From: Lytechinus pictus
Taxonomy: Eukaryota
NCBI RefSeq assembly: GCF_037042905.1
Contig: NC_087247.1
Location: 17,422,001-17,486,000, forward strand
DNA: 64,000 nt
Reading direction: 5' to 3'
The notes under the pieces were generated by a model. The model ran no database searches, had not been told where the DNA came from, and saw nothing but the letters and a program-made list of their open reading frames with translations. The position numbers were made by a program, and so were the translations under genes. Position 1 is the stretch's first letter, and each line of letters begins with the position of its first letter. Shown piece by piece: positions 25,701 through 38,615 of this stretch.

Positions 25701-28700
25701 ACTAGATCAGTGGTGGAATATTTTGGAAACTGATTCAAAGTGTATCTGATTTTGTCAAAGTAAATTTCCTTTCTTCTGCTCCCTAATTGTATTTTTGTAA
25801 TGTTTGTAAAAAAAAAAGTCACTATCACCATCGTCATTATAACAGCATCTTTATGTCAATCATGAATAAACACTTCATTATTACTATTACCATGGCCAAC
25901 AGCAGCATCAAACTTGTCTTCCTCCTCCTCCTCCTCATCATCATTGCCTAATCCAATACCATCATCAAACTCCTCCTCTCCATCATCATCATCATCATCG
26001 CCCTCATCATCATAGTCATCGTCGTTGTCGTCGTCATTATCATCATTAAACTCATCATCGTCTTCATTATCCCCCTGCACTATTACCATCATTATCATCA
26101 TATTCATATTCACCATCACATTCATTATTATCATTTTCGTTACCATTGTCATCGTTGTGATTGTAAATCTTTAATAATCTCTTTTTATTTCAGGTTACTT
26201 GAGAACAAGAACGGCCATGCTGCCAAGCCTAAATCAGAGGAGGAAAAAGATGAAGATACATTCAGCCTTATGAATGCTCGTCTTGACATCAGAGACAGTG
26301 GCAAAGAACTATCATGGTGGCAAAGATTCAAGTTCTTCTACGATGCACCCATGATCACTTTCAGACATAATGTAGTATGTATCCAGGCATTGGTTGTACT
26401 GTAATCTGTGACATAGCAAGTATGTGGGAGGTCATTTTTTGTGTACCCAATATGAAACAACTGCAAAATCTGACTGATATCTATTATAGAAAAGATAAAT
26501 GTTACTCTTTATTTCTCAGTATTCTATTTCTGGTTTTCCAGTGTTTAAATGTGTATTCTAATGAAAGTATTCATTGCAAAAGTCTCTTGTAAGTTAAGGT
26601 GACTAACTTAAAATGTAATTTATTTTCTCTTTCCCCTTTCTTTATGACTCATTTCTCCCTCTCTTTCAACTCAAATCTTCCTCCAATAATTTTGCCATTA
26701 CAGTTGTCCTACATTGTCTTCTTGGTGCTGTACAGCTATGTCATCCTTGGCAAATTTGAGAAGGAAGTCTTTGAGTATGTCCTCATCGTCTGGGTTATTT
26801 CTTTATTCACTGAGGAGTTTAGACAGGTAATGGCAACTTGAAAGTATCAAAAAAGAAATAAATTGAACTATATATCTGTAATTCTGATGCATTTAAGTCT
26901 GCCAACATTTCTTATTCGCAATGTCTTAATCTGTTTGCTTGTAGCTTCTTGCTCTTTTGATTAATAACATGCCTTTGTCTTATTTTGTGAATACAAATTG
27001 TTCCTTTGGTATTAATGACATCATACTGATATCATATTTAAGTGGATATAATAAATGAGATGCATTATCAAATCATTAAGATCTGACAGATTTCTAAAGG
27101 TTTTCATCATTCCATCAAAGAAAAAACAGAAAAACTAACAGGAAAGAAAATGAACTTCAAAAAGAATATTTAATGTTTCTATTTTATTTTGCTATTGGTA
27201 CACTTGACTGCAGGTCAAAGTAGCAATGGTGACATTCATCTGACAGCAAATGCTTTTTTTCTTTCACACAGATTGCTCAAGGTGAAAGCAGCACTTGGAA
27301 GAGCCGTCTCATTGCATGGATCACTGACTACTGGAACTTACTTGACCTTGCGACCTTGACATCCTTTGCAGTTGGGGAGATTTTACGGTTTAGTGGCTTC
27401 TCTGAAGCAGGTCATGTTGTTCTTTCGTTGAACCTCATCCTCTTCTGTATTCGACTGCTTCATATCTTTTCCATCAGCAAGCAACTGGGACCAAAACTTA
27501 TCATGATCCAAAGGATGGTTAGTCAAACATTGAGGGCGCTCTTCAGACATGCTGTGACAAAGCCCGCCAACAAAACTTTGCAACAAATCTAACAACAAAG
27601 CGTGGCGACATTTGTGGCGACATTTTGTGGACAAAGATAATGGGATATGGGGTTTGAAAAAATATGTTGTAAGAGACGCAAGAAATATGCTATGTAGCCT
27701 GGCTACAAATAGCTGTTTTTCCAATGAAGTCAAATATGTTTAAAGTGATTATATTTCAGTATAACACACACCCCAAACTGTGTAGAAAAAGTCAGAACAT
27801 CATATGAAAAAAATATGGCATCATCCTTATTTCATTTGGCTGTGAATTGCCATCTTGTTAGAACCTCAATTCAATTATGATGTCATGAGTTTGTAAAACT
27901 TTTGACATGCTGTGTTTACTATGCAATGCAGAGCTTTTCGATTAACAATGTAAATGTTGCTCAACTTTGTCACATCAAGTTTGAACAAGGTTGTACCACA
28001 CTCATTTATTGAATACAGGAATGTTTTGATCTGTGTGTTTTAAAACCTTGTAAAAATTAGAGAATTTATTAGTCAAAGACTTTTAGGAAACATGTTACTA
28101 CAGGGATTGTTGTTTCATAATTCAATTTTTTCTGAATTGAGAATGGAGTCATTGCTAAAATTCATGTCATTTTCATTCAGTTTATTTCATTCCACATCTC
28201 TTTAGAAATGTAAATAAAACCAATATGAAAAATATAGCTAGTGGCTGTCTTGTGGTTGATGTGTGGGATACACAGGAGGCCATTGGCTTGTCAAGGTCTG
28301 TTCTCTCAATGTAATAGAGAAACAAGATACAGCAAATAAAAAGTTTTTGTTTGTATACCTACAGTTATGAAAACATCAGGGGAATCTTCAATTAAACTCG
28401 CTGAATCCGTTGCCTTATACAAATTTCTTAGAGTGGCTTACATAAATTATTTAGCGTTTCAGTACTATTTGATGACAGTTGTATTTCGTTTTTATAGTCT
28501 CCCGCTCTAATATCTATATCTGATTTTACTCGCCCTGTTAGATGGTTGATTTGATGTTCTTCATCGCCATCTTAGCTGTGTTTCTCATCGGTTACGGGAT
28601 CGCATCCCAGGCTATTCTCTTCCCTGATGAGACCAATGTCAGTGTTATCATGAGAGGAATACTCATGAGGTCATACTTTCAGATCTTTGGAGAACTCTTC

Positions 28701-31700
28701 CTGGAGGTCATTGAAGGTAAGATCATACCAATATTCAATTCAATTCAAATAGGTTTTGGTCAAATGTATGTATGAAGATACATATTGCACATCTACGTTG
28801 GGAATAGTATACAATTGAAAATAGATAATTTTTGACAAATCACATTTGTTATCTTTTTGAGGTTTGATAACTTTGATATGCTGATATATTGTGTTCTCTT
28901 GAATTTTCAGTGAATTATTATACTGCTCTCTTTTCTTACAGTTGTTTTGATGTGATTATTTGCTTTCTTAATGCAGTGAAAAGAAGGAAGGGGTGGAGTA
29001 TAAAGACTGATTATCTGTTAAAAGTTTAGTGTCTTTAGAAAGGAACTGAACTCAGTTAATGAATACAGTGGAACTCTAGATTATTTTGTTTTATACAGGT
29101 ATTTTTATTATTGATTGTTTCCTAAGAAATATAATTTCGCCTAGTAAGAAGGCACCGAGTTAATGATGAAAAATAAAGCATTTGAATTACACTGTCATTT
29201 CGACATTTCAGTCCGGTAGAATAAATGTATAATGACCTGTTGTTGCTCTGTTTCTCTCTATAGGATCTGACTGCACAGACAATGCAACCTTGGTTGATGG
29301 TGTGGACTTCAATCCATGTCCTCAACATTCTTGGATTGGTATCATTCTGTTAGCTGGTTATATGATGATCAGTAATGTCCTACTCCTTAATCTACTCATT
29401 GCCATGTTCAGGTCAGTATCGTCTAGAAAGTAAACAGTTTTTTATTTATTTTGAGATACAAGATTTTGACAGCTCAGCAATGATACGTGATGAGGTTGTG
29501 ATGTAAGGATGAGAAAGAGCTTTTGTGTGGATGAGCACGATACCCTACCGTGGGAGTCTCACACTTAATATGTGTGACTTGACCATTCTGGCAATTACAC
29601 ACCTCTTCAATATGCATGTTACCTTCATCTCTTTTCCATTTTATTTTCACCATTTCTAATATCAACAAAATCATTATTCTCTCCTTTTCTTGTGCAGTTA
29701 TACTTTCTCGGCCATCCAAGACAACACCGACACCTTCTGGAAGTTTCAGCGCTACGACCTAATCAAGGAATACTTCAACCGTCCCCCTCTCATACCGCCC
29801 TTCATCATCATCTCTCATTTATTCTATACGATACGCTTTATCCTTCGATGCTGCTGCCATACATGCACCAGTTGGCAGATACCCGAGCTCAGTAAGCAAG
29901 TTTATTGAACTTTACTTGAGATTGATTGTAGTATAGTCATATGAAAAGTTCAGTTGCAATACCTCCAAATTTTTATGAGAATTGAGTTATTGATATTGGA
30001 CTGTCATTTAAGGTTGGAGCTTTCTTTGAACAAAATGTACTTTGCAGTTTTGGCGGCACCCATGAGAAAATGCACCTTTCATCTATATTCTTACAAAATG
30101 CCTGTACAAATATGGAAAGGAATGTGGTTCTTTACCCAAATAACTGAACAAATTGCTAAGAAGCGTAGTAAAGGGTAAGACAATCTTTGCCGTTTTAAAG
30201 GTACTACAAACAATCTATCACTGAATCTAATAAAATTAGGAATTATTGGAATTAAAGGAGACTATTTTCAGTAAGAAAATGAATTAGAAATCACTTATCT
30301 GTTGAATTTTAAGCTTTTGAGTTTGTAATGATTATAATCAACAAAATAAGTATCAACATAACATCTTTGTCATCATCACTGAGATGTCCACTATTCATTT
30401 TTGCAGTATTTTATTCTGTTTTATTATGGAAATACTAAGAGTTGATGACAAAACTTTTTTCAAAAAAAAAAATGTAATACACATGGTATTGCATAAATGT
30501 TTGAAATTTGCATTTTCACCAAAGTGGATTTTTACCCCTCAAAATATAGCAATTTTTCAAAAGAATTGCTTCCCTGCCATCAGTATCATCTCCATCATCA
30601 TCATCGTCATCATCATTTCCATCATAGTCATCACCATCATCATCACTAATTCTTACAACAAATAATTGTTTTACTGGATCTTTTCACAAGTAATAGAGTG
30701 AGACCATCAATATACCTCGTTTCACATTTAATTTTCCCTTATTATCCTCTCTTTGTAGAGCAATCATTGACGGATCAAGAAAAGAAGACTCTTGTTCTGT
30801 GGGAAGGCATCAATTCAGATAACTACACAGCTAAGCAAAGAGTATTGGTTCAACAGGATCTCAATGAAAGGGTCAAAGTAGCTGGTGATAGGTTAGTTAT
30901 ACACTACCTTATACATGCCCTTTTATGACAACGAATTATATATAGCTTTTTAGATCAGCCTCGTTATTATGTCATTACCGCATTTATCATTTTGTTAGTC
31001 CCAACTATATACACTGTCTCTGTTTTCCCTCGCCCTTTTTACATACTTTTTTTGGGGCTTTACAGTGGTACATCATATTAAAGGAGATGTATGTGAAGGA
31101 AATATGAAAAAGGGCTATTAAATTGTTTAGAAGATAAAATTTGCCAATATGACTGAAAAACAAGATATTTTAAACTGTCCATTGCATTGGCAATTTGAGG
31201 AATTTAGTGATAATTTCCATGAAAAAAAGGCCACATCTTCAAACAAAGGATAATGATGCGATTAAAATGAGACAAATATATGTAGGAGTTTTATGCTATT
31301 TCTGCTATAATGCTTACATACCTGCATGTGGTAGGATTGCTAAATCTCTGGATTAAAAATTGTTGGGCTATAGCAATAATGATATAGTCTCTATCTGTCC
31401 TAAAGAGACATGAAATAGCAATTATGAGCTTTTGATGAATATATTTATAATAATGCAATGGCATTTCTGTTCAGTGTTGGATATTTGCAGTGTGTTCTGT
31501 TTCTAATTTTTCTGGTGTCAAGTTTTAGATGTTTTTGTTTTTCACAGAGTTGAAGACATGACAATGAAACTAGACCAGGTCTTTGATGCTGAGACTCAAA
31601 AGGGTAAATCAGGACATCTTGGAGGAAAAGCCTTTGAAGATAGACTAACCAGACTTGAAGACAGAGTAAATAATTCATATACCTTTATTTTAAAAGTTTT

Positions 31701-34700
31701 GTCATTTATTAAAGGGAAATCCAGCCTTTGTCATAAAATGTTGTGTTGGAAAGGAGAAAAATAAATGAAATAGAATGGTGAAAGTTTGAAAGAAATTGGA
31801 CAAGCAATAAGAAAGTTATAGCTGCTTTAAAATTGAGATCCCGAAGACTATGTAGATTTAAAATTGGCAACTCGGTAAGTAAATTATGATAAAGGGCAAG
31901 GACAACTTTCCCAGAGGCCATGTACTTAATTATCTGGGATTTGTGGTTTTCTCCCATTCCCCTTGGGCAGTAAACTAAATATAACCCTGGTAGTATGTTT
32001 TTTTTATGTTTTCATGAACAAAAAATAAAATTTGAAGTATAAGTTTTGAAAAAATGAAATTTTAGCCATTTCATGTATTGGAGTATGTGGAACAGAAGTC
32101 CTTGCCTTATATCACTATGACATTACATATGAAACCTATTTGGAGTCTCCATGGGTATACTGATAAACAATATTTACAACTTTTAAGAATTAAATATTGT
32201 TTGTCAGATATTGTTCAAACTTTCACCTATTAACTTGTCTGATTTTTCTTTTTCCTCTAAAAACAAGTTTTTATTTGGGTTGGATTCCCCTTTGAAAAAG
32301 GATATTCAGTCCACCCATTGGAGAATTTCCTGAAATGATTCGCCAGTTATCCAATGCAGGGCTGCATGATACAAGATTATTGTCAAAGTATTCTGACATT
32401 GAAATATCTCCGACGACATGATATTGGTGTCATTAGATAATCAATTCACAGGATAATTGAAAAAAAATATGATGGTTAATGTTTTGGGGAAAATTCTGTC
32501 TTGAAATTCAATGAATCTTTCAGGTCGGGTCATATAAATAAAAACCCAGATATTTTCCCCATTACTTATAAATCCAATATTCCAGGCTCATGTGGAAAAT
32601 GTCATAAAAATTATGCCTGTCTTGTATGTTAGCCTTAGCTTCAGATGAAATACCGAACATCATGACATTCCAACAAAACATTTGAGTTACTATCGATTGC
32701 CATGTCATATTACAGCTAATGATTAAAAAAAAACCTGAAATGAACAATACCGTGCCGAGCTCTGTAGTCCAATGATTTTTACGTCAGCTGTTAAAAGCTA
32801 CTGAAATAATAAACTTTTTTTTTCTAATTCTCTTTCAAGAATGATGCCTTGTGGCATAGGATCATTTACATTAACACTGTAACCTTTTATATAAAAACCA
32901 CTCAGTGTGACAAGTGGTCTTTATGACCATGTTGTCTACATGTTGTCATCTAAATGTGGTCATTGAAGCAGGTTTCATAGAAGTATTTCTGCATCATCAG
33001 CTATGTGTTTATTTTTGTGGTTTTCCCAGTAACTACTACTGTTCTTTCCTTTTCTTCCATTTTAGATGGAACGTACCAATGATGCCCTTGATTGGATCAT
33101 CGGTGCCCTTTCACGTGGTGGTAACGTGGAGGGCAAATTGGCACCACCAAAACTCAAAGAGATTAAAAGCAGAGAAGGTAAACACAAAGATATTAAAGAC
33201 ATATCCTTATCTAAGGCATGCATATCAAAGGAAGTCCTGAACAATTTGTCACGTTCTAAGGACATTGCTTTTGTGAGAGCACTTCATGTTGAGATATTTT
33301 TGTAATATTGACTCTTTAAAAAAAAAAATCCTAATAGGACTTTTCTAGGTGAAATTCACCCGAGTGTTCAAATCCATTCCACTCCAGCCGCTTAGTTCAT
33401 CCTCTCTTTTCTTGTTTGCAGAATCCCTAGACATTGCTGAGGAAGAACGTAGATTTGAAGTGCCCGTCTCCATCGAAGCTCTAGGAATCATGATCCATAA
33501 AAAGTCTCGAGCCAGTCCATACCCTGGGACCGCTCTTAGAAGATTTCCTGTCCCAGATAACAAAGTACCTTGGGAAGTAAGTCTTTTAGTGGTATCAATT
33601 TGCATGTAAACTTAGGTCACCGAAATCCTTGCAATCAATTACAAATTTGAAATTGGTCACTGGTGTGTTTCTTGCATCAGAAAGTCTTAGTTAATTTGCT
33701 GTTGTTATAGTTTATTAATTGCTAATTTGCTGTTTACATTGCGATTGATTACATTGATTAACAACAGTGTTACAAGAAACTCAAAATCAATATCCAATCA
33801 ATGTCAGCAATATCTTGGTCAGTCAAATGATCAAAGCCCCCAAGAATTGTGAAAATGGTTGACATCCATGTTCATAATTTAAATAAGATGCTTCTACTTT
33901 GTTTTCCTCCACACACCAGACGGATTTTCCACTCTACACACCTGTAATATACACTCATAAGAGTGTGAAGGAAGGACCACATTGGGCAGACATTGACCTG
34001 ATGAGTATGGTCAAGAATGCACGTCCACCACTTCTATACAATCAGATGGATGAGAAATGTAAATACAACCGAAGGAGTCACATGAAAGCTTACCAAATCA
34101 AAGATGGGCTTCCACTGTAAGTTGGATGTCTTTTGAATAAAGCTGGAGTAATCTGTCATTGAAAACAGTGCAAACTTATGCTTTTGATGTTCATTTGATG
34201 GAGTATGATGTATATATGAACAATGTAACAAATGGGAAGTACATTGGGTGGGGAAAAAGTGTCAAGTACTGATTGGCTTGTAGGATATTACCATGAATAG
34301 TCACCTGTCTGATTCATCATTCTTTGAAAAAAAGAACAAACAAACATTTTGTATCATTTAATCCAATATATTGCTGAATTATGTTGTATTGATTATTTTC
34401 ATGATGCAGAAATCCCAAAGGACGTACAGGACTCTCTGGTAGGGGTCTCCTGGGAAGATGGGGTCCTAACCATGCAGCTGACCCAATAGCAACAAGGTAA
34501 ATAAATAGATATATTAACAAATTACAAATAATGAACTTTCTATTGAAAAGCTTGGTAACAAGAAGAATTTCTATCAACATTACAACTTTGCCTGATTTTA
34601 AGAGAGCGTTGTTGGCTCAGTCGGTAACGCGTCTGCCCGTCGAACAAAGATTGTGGGTTCGAGTCCACCCCGGGCGGATGACTGAAGCCAGTGCGTTGTG

Positions 34701-37700
34701 TGTAAACGTCTCTCCCATGTTTCATAGATGCAGGCTATGTTACAATGGAAAACACTCCATCCCTCGAATAGGACGTTAAATGGAGGCCCCGTGTAGAGGA
34801 GAGTCACCACCTTTGCACGTTAAGAACCCACTGCACTATTCGAATAAGAGTAGGGGGAAACCCCGGTGTAGTGGTCCACCAGCACTCCCCCCAATCGGTT
34901 ATATCGGGAGGAGAGACCTGCGGGTCATAGTGATTCAGTTCGCTTTTCACCTCCCAGGCACAGGTGACGCCAAACAAATAATAATAATAATTTAGCACCG
35001 AATGACATGTTCTAATCATTTGCAAAGTCATGTACAACTTATGAACAGATTTTTTTTCAGACATTGCAGGGTTTCCCCCTGCTAAAATTAGGAATGTATA
35101 CCTGTACGAATTACCCTCAATTGATTGGACTATTGTTAAGGTTTTATTAAACAACCTTCCAGATATTTCTTTTCAAATCTAAGTTCCAATATCATAATTT
35201 GTACTTGCTCATTTCTATTATGTTTGAAAGGCTCCTAATATCTCAGTTTTATGTCTTGTTAACACTTTTGAGTGAAATCATTCTTGTAAATATCGCTTTA
35301 ATGGTAGGTTCTCCTATTTTGGACATGTATGACAGTGACCTTTGAGAATCACCACTGTTTAATTATTTCCCATCTTTACCTATGTCAACATATTCGTCTT
35401 GGTCTTTTAAATGAATCCATTTGTTTCATGTAAATGTAAACAAAGTGATCCATACTTGTGTATATTCATATGTTCAAGAATGAGGGATTTTTTTTCACTT
35501 TGATATCATAGAATGATATGATATTGCAATCTTTACTGATTGAGATGAATATCATCTATTTATCTTTGTTTGTAGATGGAAGAGGAAGCCAGATGGAACC
35601 ATCTTGATGGATGAAGAGAAACCAGTCTTAGAATTTATTGCAATACAGAGAGTAGATAACCAGCAGTGGGCTATACCAGGGGTAAGGAGACATATTTATT
35701 GATTCACAAATATTTCATCAATATCTGGGGGGTGTTTCAGTAGTATTACTTAAAGTTGTACTTAAATGTCTAGTTGCGTGCCGTATAAAAGGCATGACTG
35801 CATTGGTCAGATCATGCCAAGTGGACGCGCACTACTGCATTTTGATCAGGCTACCATCTTACATTCATAATGCCGAGTCTGTGAATCAGTTCAAAACCTA
35901 CTTGTTTAATAGATGATTGACAGTTGTGGGTCGGTCAGTTGGAGGTTCACACCAGTTTTGATTATTAGTATTAGTTGCATTAGCTGTGTCATTTCACCTT
36001 CCACATTTTTTCCCCTTTTTTTTCTTCTTTTAATCCCAAGTATAAACCATAAACAGAACACAGTGCGCTTAGAAACACCCGTAGTAAGCACCTTATAAAT
36101 GTTATGTATTATTGTTATTATTATCATTGATAATATTTCGCGTTGCATATCATGTACGCGTCGGCATTTAAGTGCGACAATATGTCATACTTAAGTCTTT
36201 GAGAAACACCCCCAGATTTACTGTCCAATAAGTAGAAATTCAATGCTCGCTAGTGATTAACAGTCAGAAATACAAATACAGGAAAACAAATTGAAAAATA
36301 ACCTGATTTGATCTTGGAGTTACCTTCAAAAATATTCAAAATCCCTCTTTACTGTGTTCTTTCATTTAAAAAAAAACAGTGAAAAAAAATGTTAGTATAT
36401 AATTTGGTATGAGGAGACTGAAAAAGATGTGCAGATATGTTCATATTAGAAATAGGGAAAACAATTTGCTCATAGGAAATCATGTGAGCATAGTTAATTG
36501 CATTTGTGTATAAGAAATGATATTCAAGTGGGAAATAATATGTATATGGAGAATCTTATGCATACAGTTAATCTTATGTATATGGGATATACAAATGAGA
36601 GAAACAATGCACATGTGGTTGGGAATATTTTATGCATTTGTAAGTTCATCAGGCATTTGTGAAATCATGTGCATAGCTATCTATGCCTCTATGAAAAATT
36701 AATCTCTGAAATCTACAAATCTTATATTAGCCTTGTGTATTGTGTATGAATTCTCTGCCTCATTTCAACAATAATGGGCCGTAGGCCACAAGTCATTTAT
36801 ATAGTTACTAAACAAAATTGATTCTCTTCATATTTTCAGCCAAAATAATCTAATTTGTTGTCCTGAACACTCAATTTTGTTGATTGCACATTGCTTTCAT
36901 ACAAACAGGAATTGTGCCATGGTTGATATTATGGGTGTAAGCATGTTTGATCTAATTTTATTTCCTGAAAATGGTTTCAGTTTTCTGGTAATTTTATTGA
37001 GCATGTCAGATAGTGATATAACATTTATGTATGAAGGATTTTGAGGGCTCAAACAAGTTTTGGTTTACAAAATGCACATATTTCTGTTAGCACTGAATGA
37101 TACAAATGAAGGTAAGTTGTAAAGCGAGCAAAAGTCTTTAAATGTAATTGCCTATGTGGATTTGCCCACTTTATAATAATGCAGGGTATGGTAGAGCCTG
37201 GTCATCTGGTCAGTGAGACGCTGAAGAGAGAATTTGGAGAAGAGGCTTTAGGTGCTCTCAACAAGACAGAAGAAGAGGCTGCTGTCATCAGAGAACATGT
37301 TGAGAAACTCTTCTCAAACGGGGTTGAGGTAAGAAATTACAAGACAAACCTTCCAGTAGAAGTGACTGATTTACATTCAGATTGTATTTAGTTACTTATC
37401 AAGCGAAATAAAGAAAGCAACCAAAAATATATATATATTCTGCCAATCTGTTGTCTCTAATTATCAAGGGGACTTCCTGAAAAGGGAGTTATATATCAAC
37501 ATGAAAAAATACTGGTCTTCAGCAAACCCTACATGTACGTCAATCTTGATTGGAATATGTGTAATTAAGAAAGATTTCCCATATTGCATACTTAATTCTC
37601 CTTCAAAGGTGAATATTAAGATTCGAAACTCTAATTTCACTATTTAAAAAAATTTATTTGTTTATTATATAGGTATACAAGGGTTATGTGGATGATCCAA

Positions 37701-38615
37701 GGAACACAGATAATGCTTGGATGGAAACGGTTGCTATGAACTTCCATGATGAAGACGGCTCTGCCTTCGGGTCTTTCAATCTTGAGGTGAGATACCATTA
37801 TGTATAAAATCAAAGATGTCTTTATACAGAGTACTATATCATGCAGTAGTTATTGTTTGATGCTGTTAGGTGCCAATTTAAACTAAGCGGAATCTGTTCA
37901 TAATTTGGATGGTTTTAGGAAGCTGCAGACTTGCGCAACAAAATCATTTCATTGTACTGACAGAGATTATAATCTTATGGTTCAATTTAATGATTCACCA
38001 ATACTTCTTATTACACTGGTTTCCAATATTTGGCAAATCCATGAGTTTTTGGCTGTCATCAATGGCACTCATCAAGGATGACCCAACGTGTTCTGTATCA
38101 ATGCTCCTGGTTTATTAGGCAGTCACGTTAAGTGTGTAGATATTTAATGAGAGCAGTTGTCACTAATTTCTTTTTAACCAAACAAGATTATATAGCAATT
38201 CCATGTAGTATGACCCCTATATATGGGACCTTCCTAAAACAATTCATTCATTTTCTTTTTGGTTTGTTTTTGTTTTTGTTAATTCTTATGAATAGTGAGA
38301 ATGCTCTCATGTTATGGCTCTAGAAGTTCATCATGTGAAGTAAAATTTGATAAAATAAATGATCAGGCTTTAAAAATATATGTTTATTTTATTGGATTGC
38401 CATAAGATTTAAAGTAAGGAAAGTTTCTTCTCTGATACTTCTCCCAGAGGTCCCTCCTTTAAGTAATGTCTAATTTGTTGACTTGTTTTGATTGACAGGC
38501 CAGTGATGATGCTCAGAGTGTAAGGTGGCAACGAGTTAGCTCTAAGATCCCTCTCTTCGCCAGTCACACAGCCATGTTAAGGAAGGTCGCGGAATTACAT
38601 AATGCTGCATTCTAA
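4604..38615 (+). CDS. TRPM2: TRPM2-like cation channel with C-terminal NUDT9-homology (ADP-ribose pyrophosphatase) domain; 5'-partial, 27 exons, ~1400 aa in window
   Basis: GT-AG exons with consistent phases: 4604-4805, 6483-6669, 9563-9762, 15341-15441, 16030-16164, 16985-17035, 17957-18245, 23172-23388, 23858-24083, 24698-24832, 25572-25681, 26194-26374, 26704-26826, 27272-27517, 28542-28716, 29264-29411, 29698-29891, 30759-30891, 31548-31665, 33066-33177, 33422-33576, 33920-34116, 34410-34496, 35576-35681, 37185-37328, 37673-37786, 38499-38615 (TAA); sum 4203 nt. TRPM motifs: [60 protein letters not shown], filter [12 protein letters not shown]6 [15 protein letters not shown] box WKFQRY. 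NUDT9-H motifs: [59 protein letters not shown]. Confidence 0.93.
4936..5276 (+). repeat. Local tandem duplication (~165-175 bp x2)
   Basis: GCTCAGAAAGCCATCCATAAATTTATGCA...CATTTCATTATATTAATTTGAAAAT starts at 4936 and 5101. Confidence 0.85.
5866..6115 (-). mobile_element. Degenerate tRNA-derived SINE (CORE/Deu-like central domain)
   Basis: Minus strand reads degenerate B-box GTTTGAATC, then GCACTTGACCCAGGTGAGGTGAATGGGTA, typical of SINE cores. Confidence 0.45.
7629..8581 (+). mobile_element. Helentron-associated/DINE-like non-autonomous element with internal tandem repeats
   Basis: T-run start; subterminal IR GTCTCACCTGCA (7634-7645) and TGCAGGTGAGAC (8548-8559); (GGC)n at 7681-7725; 4-5 tandem ~160-190 bp units containing CACATGACCAAGGTCAAAGGTCA; reverse fragments at ~58405-58685. 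Confidence 0.7.
10122..10281 (+). repeat. 5' LTR (160 bp)
   Basis: Identical to 15139-15298; imperfect inverted ends CGCCATT...AATGGTG; ATTAAA at 10228-10233. Confidence 0.92.
10282..10297 (+). other. Primer-binding site, tRNA-Leu-like
   Basis: TGGTGACAGCTGGGAT begins with TGG and resembles the complement of a metazoan tRNA-Leu 3' end (TGGTGRCAGCGGTGGGAT) minus 2 nt. Confidence 0.6.
10449..13238 (+). pseudogene. Retroelement Gag-knuckle/aspartic-protease-like ORF interrupted by a MITE; 673 aa when the MITE is removed
   Basis: Track ORFs 10449-11237 and 11652-13238 share a frame. Deleting 11134-11895 plus one 6-bp TSD (768 nt) joins ..SIDC|DKVP.. without stops. Knuckle CPLC-x7-H-x3/4-C near 10887-10952; retropepsin-like segment [13 protein letters not shown]...RAGIPFL. 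Confidence 0.75.
11134..11895. mobile_element. Non-autonomous DNA transposon (hAT-like TAGGG termini, 6-bp TSD) nested in the LTR element
   Basis: Perfect 19-bp TIRs TAGGGACAGTGATTTTCCG (11134-11152) and CGGAAAATCACTGTCCCTA (11877-11895); TSD ATTGTG at 11128-11133 and 11896-11901; subterminal TTTCCGT repeats at both ends. Confidence 0.9.
14675..14905 (+). repeat. Degenerate ~45-50 bp tandem repeats in the LTR element's 3' non-coding region
   Basis: Recurring GATACAGGTAATTTGAATTAGTGA(T/G)AAGACAAT and GAACTG..GTAGG..TACACT(G/A)TAGTTG units. Confidence 0.6.
15139..15298 (+). repeat. 3' LTR (160 bp)
   Basis: Identical to 10122-10281; preceded by purine tract AGAGGGAAAGAAAAAG (15117-15132). Confidence 0.92.
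18870..18959 (+). CDS. Candidate frame-preserving cassette exon of TRPM2 ([29 protein letters not shown])
   Basis: Pyrimidine tract plus AAG acceptor (18867-18869), donor GTAATA at 18960, 90 nt, phase 1-1 matching flanking exons (18245/23172), no stop; alternative in-frame donor at 18945. Confidence 0.45.
19133..19994. mobile_element. Non-autonomous DNA transposon with TA TSD
   Basis: TA|GGGGAAGGCGGG...CCCGCCTTCCCC|TA; internal GGGGCAAGTTGAGCC repeats in both orientations. Confidence 0.8.
21055..21362. mobile_element. Palindromic MITE (~125-bp imperfect arms)
   Basis: GGAGAGCTGAGAGGCTTTTGTCAGAAGTTG (from 21130) pairs with CAACTTTTGACAAAAGCCTCTCGGCTCTCC (from 21260); pairing extends to both ends. 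Confidence 0.7.
23420..23570. repeat. (GAT/GGT)n microsatellite
   Basis: Imperfect trinucleotide run. Confidence 0.85.
25820..26158. repeat. (CAT/TCC/TCG)n microsatellite
   Basis: Imperfect trinucleotide run in the intron. Confidence 0.85.
30578..30646. repeat. (CAT)n microsatellite
   Basis: Imperfect CAT run. Confidence 0.8.
31713..32291. mobile_element. TTAA-target MITE (Kolobok-like), inverted relative to the copy at 44681-45271
   Basis: TTAA|AGGGAAATCCAGCC...GGTTGGATTCCCCT; body is the diverged reverse complement of 44681-45271. Confidence 0.8.
33422..38615 (+). CDS. TRPM2: NUDT9-H (Nudix) domain exons of the TRPM2-like gene
   Basis: Exons 33422-33576, 33920-34116, 34410-34496, 35576-35681, 37185-37328, 37673-37786 and 38499-38615 encode [23 protein letters not shown] through REFGEEA to LEASDDA..W. 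Confidence 0.9.
34601..34990 (+). mobile_element. tRNA-derived SINE, apparently full length
   Basis: A box TGGCTCAGTCGG (34613-34624), B box GGTTCGAGTCC (34656-34666), core GGACGTTAAA..GCACGTTAAGAACCC (MetaSINE-like from memory), (ATA)n tail to 34990. Confidence 0.85.
35725..36215. mobile_element. MITE (CTGGGGGGTGTTTC TIRs) containing a probable LINE 3' tail fragment
   Basis: TIRs 35725-35738 and 36203-36215; insert ~35855-36125 ending GCGCTTAGAAAC..GCACCTTATAAATG plus (TTA)n, like L2/CR1 tails. Confidence 0.6.

Noticed and set aside
25856-26152. Acidic 98-aa minus-strand ORF
   Set aside because: Translation of a (CAT)n microsatellite.
34601-34680. tRNA gene
   Set aside because: A and B boxes are present, but there is no closing acceptor stem or poly-T terminator, and it continues into a SINE core and (ATA)n tail.
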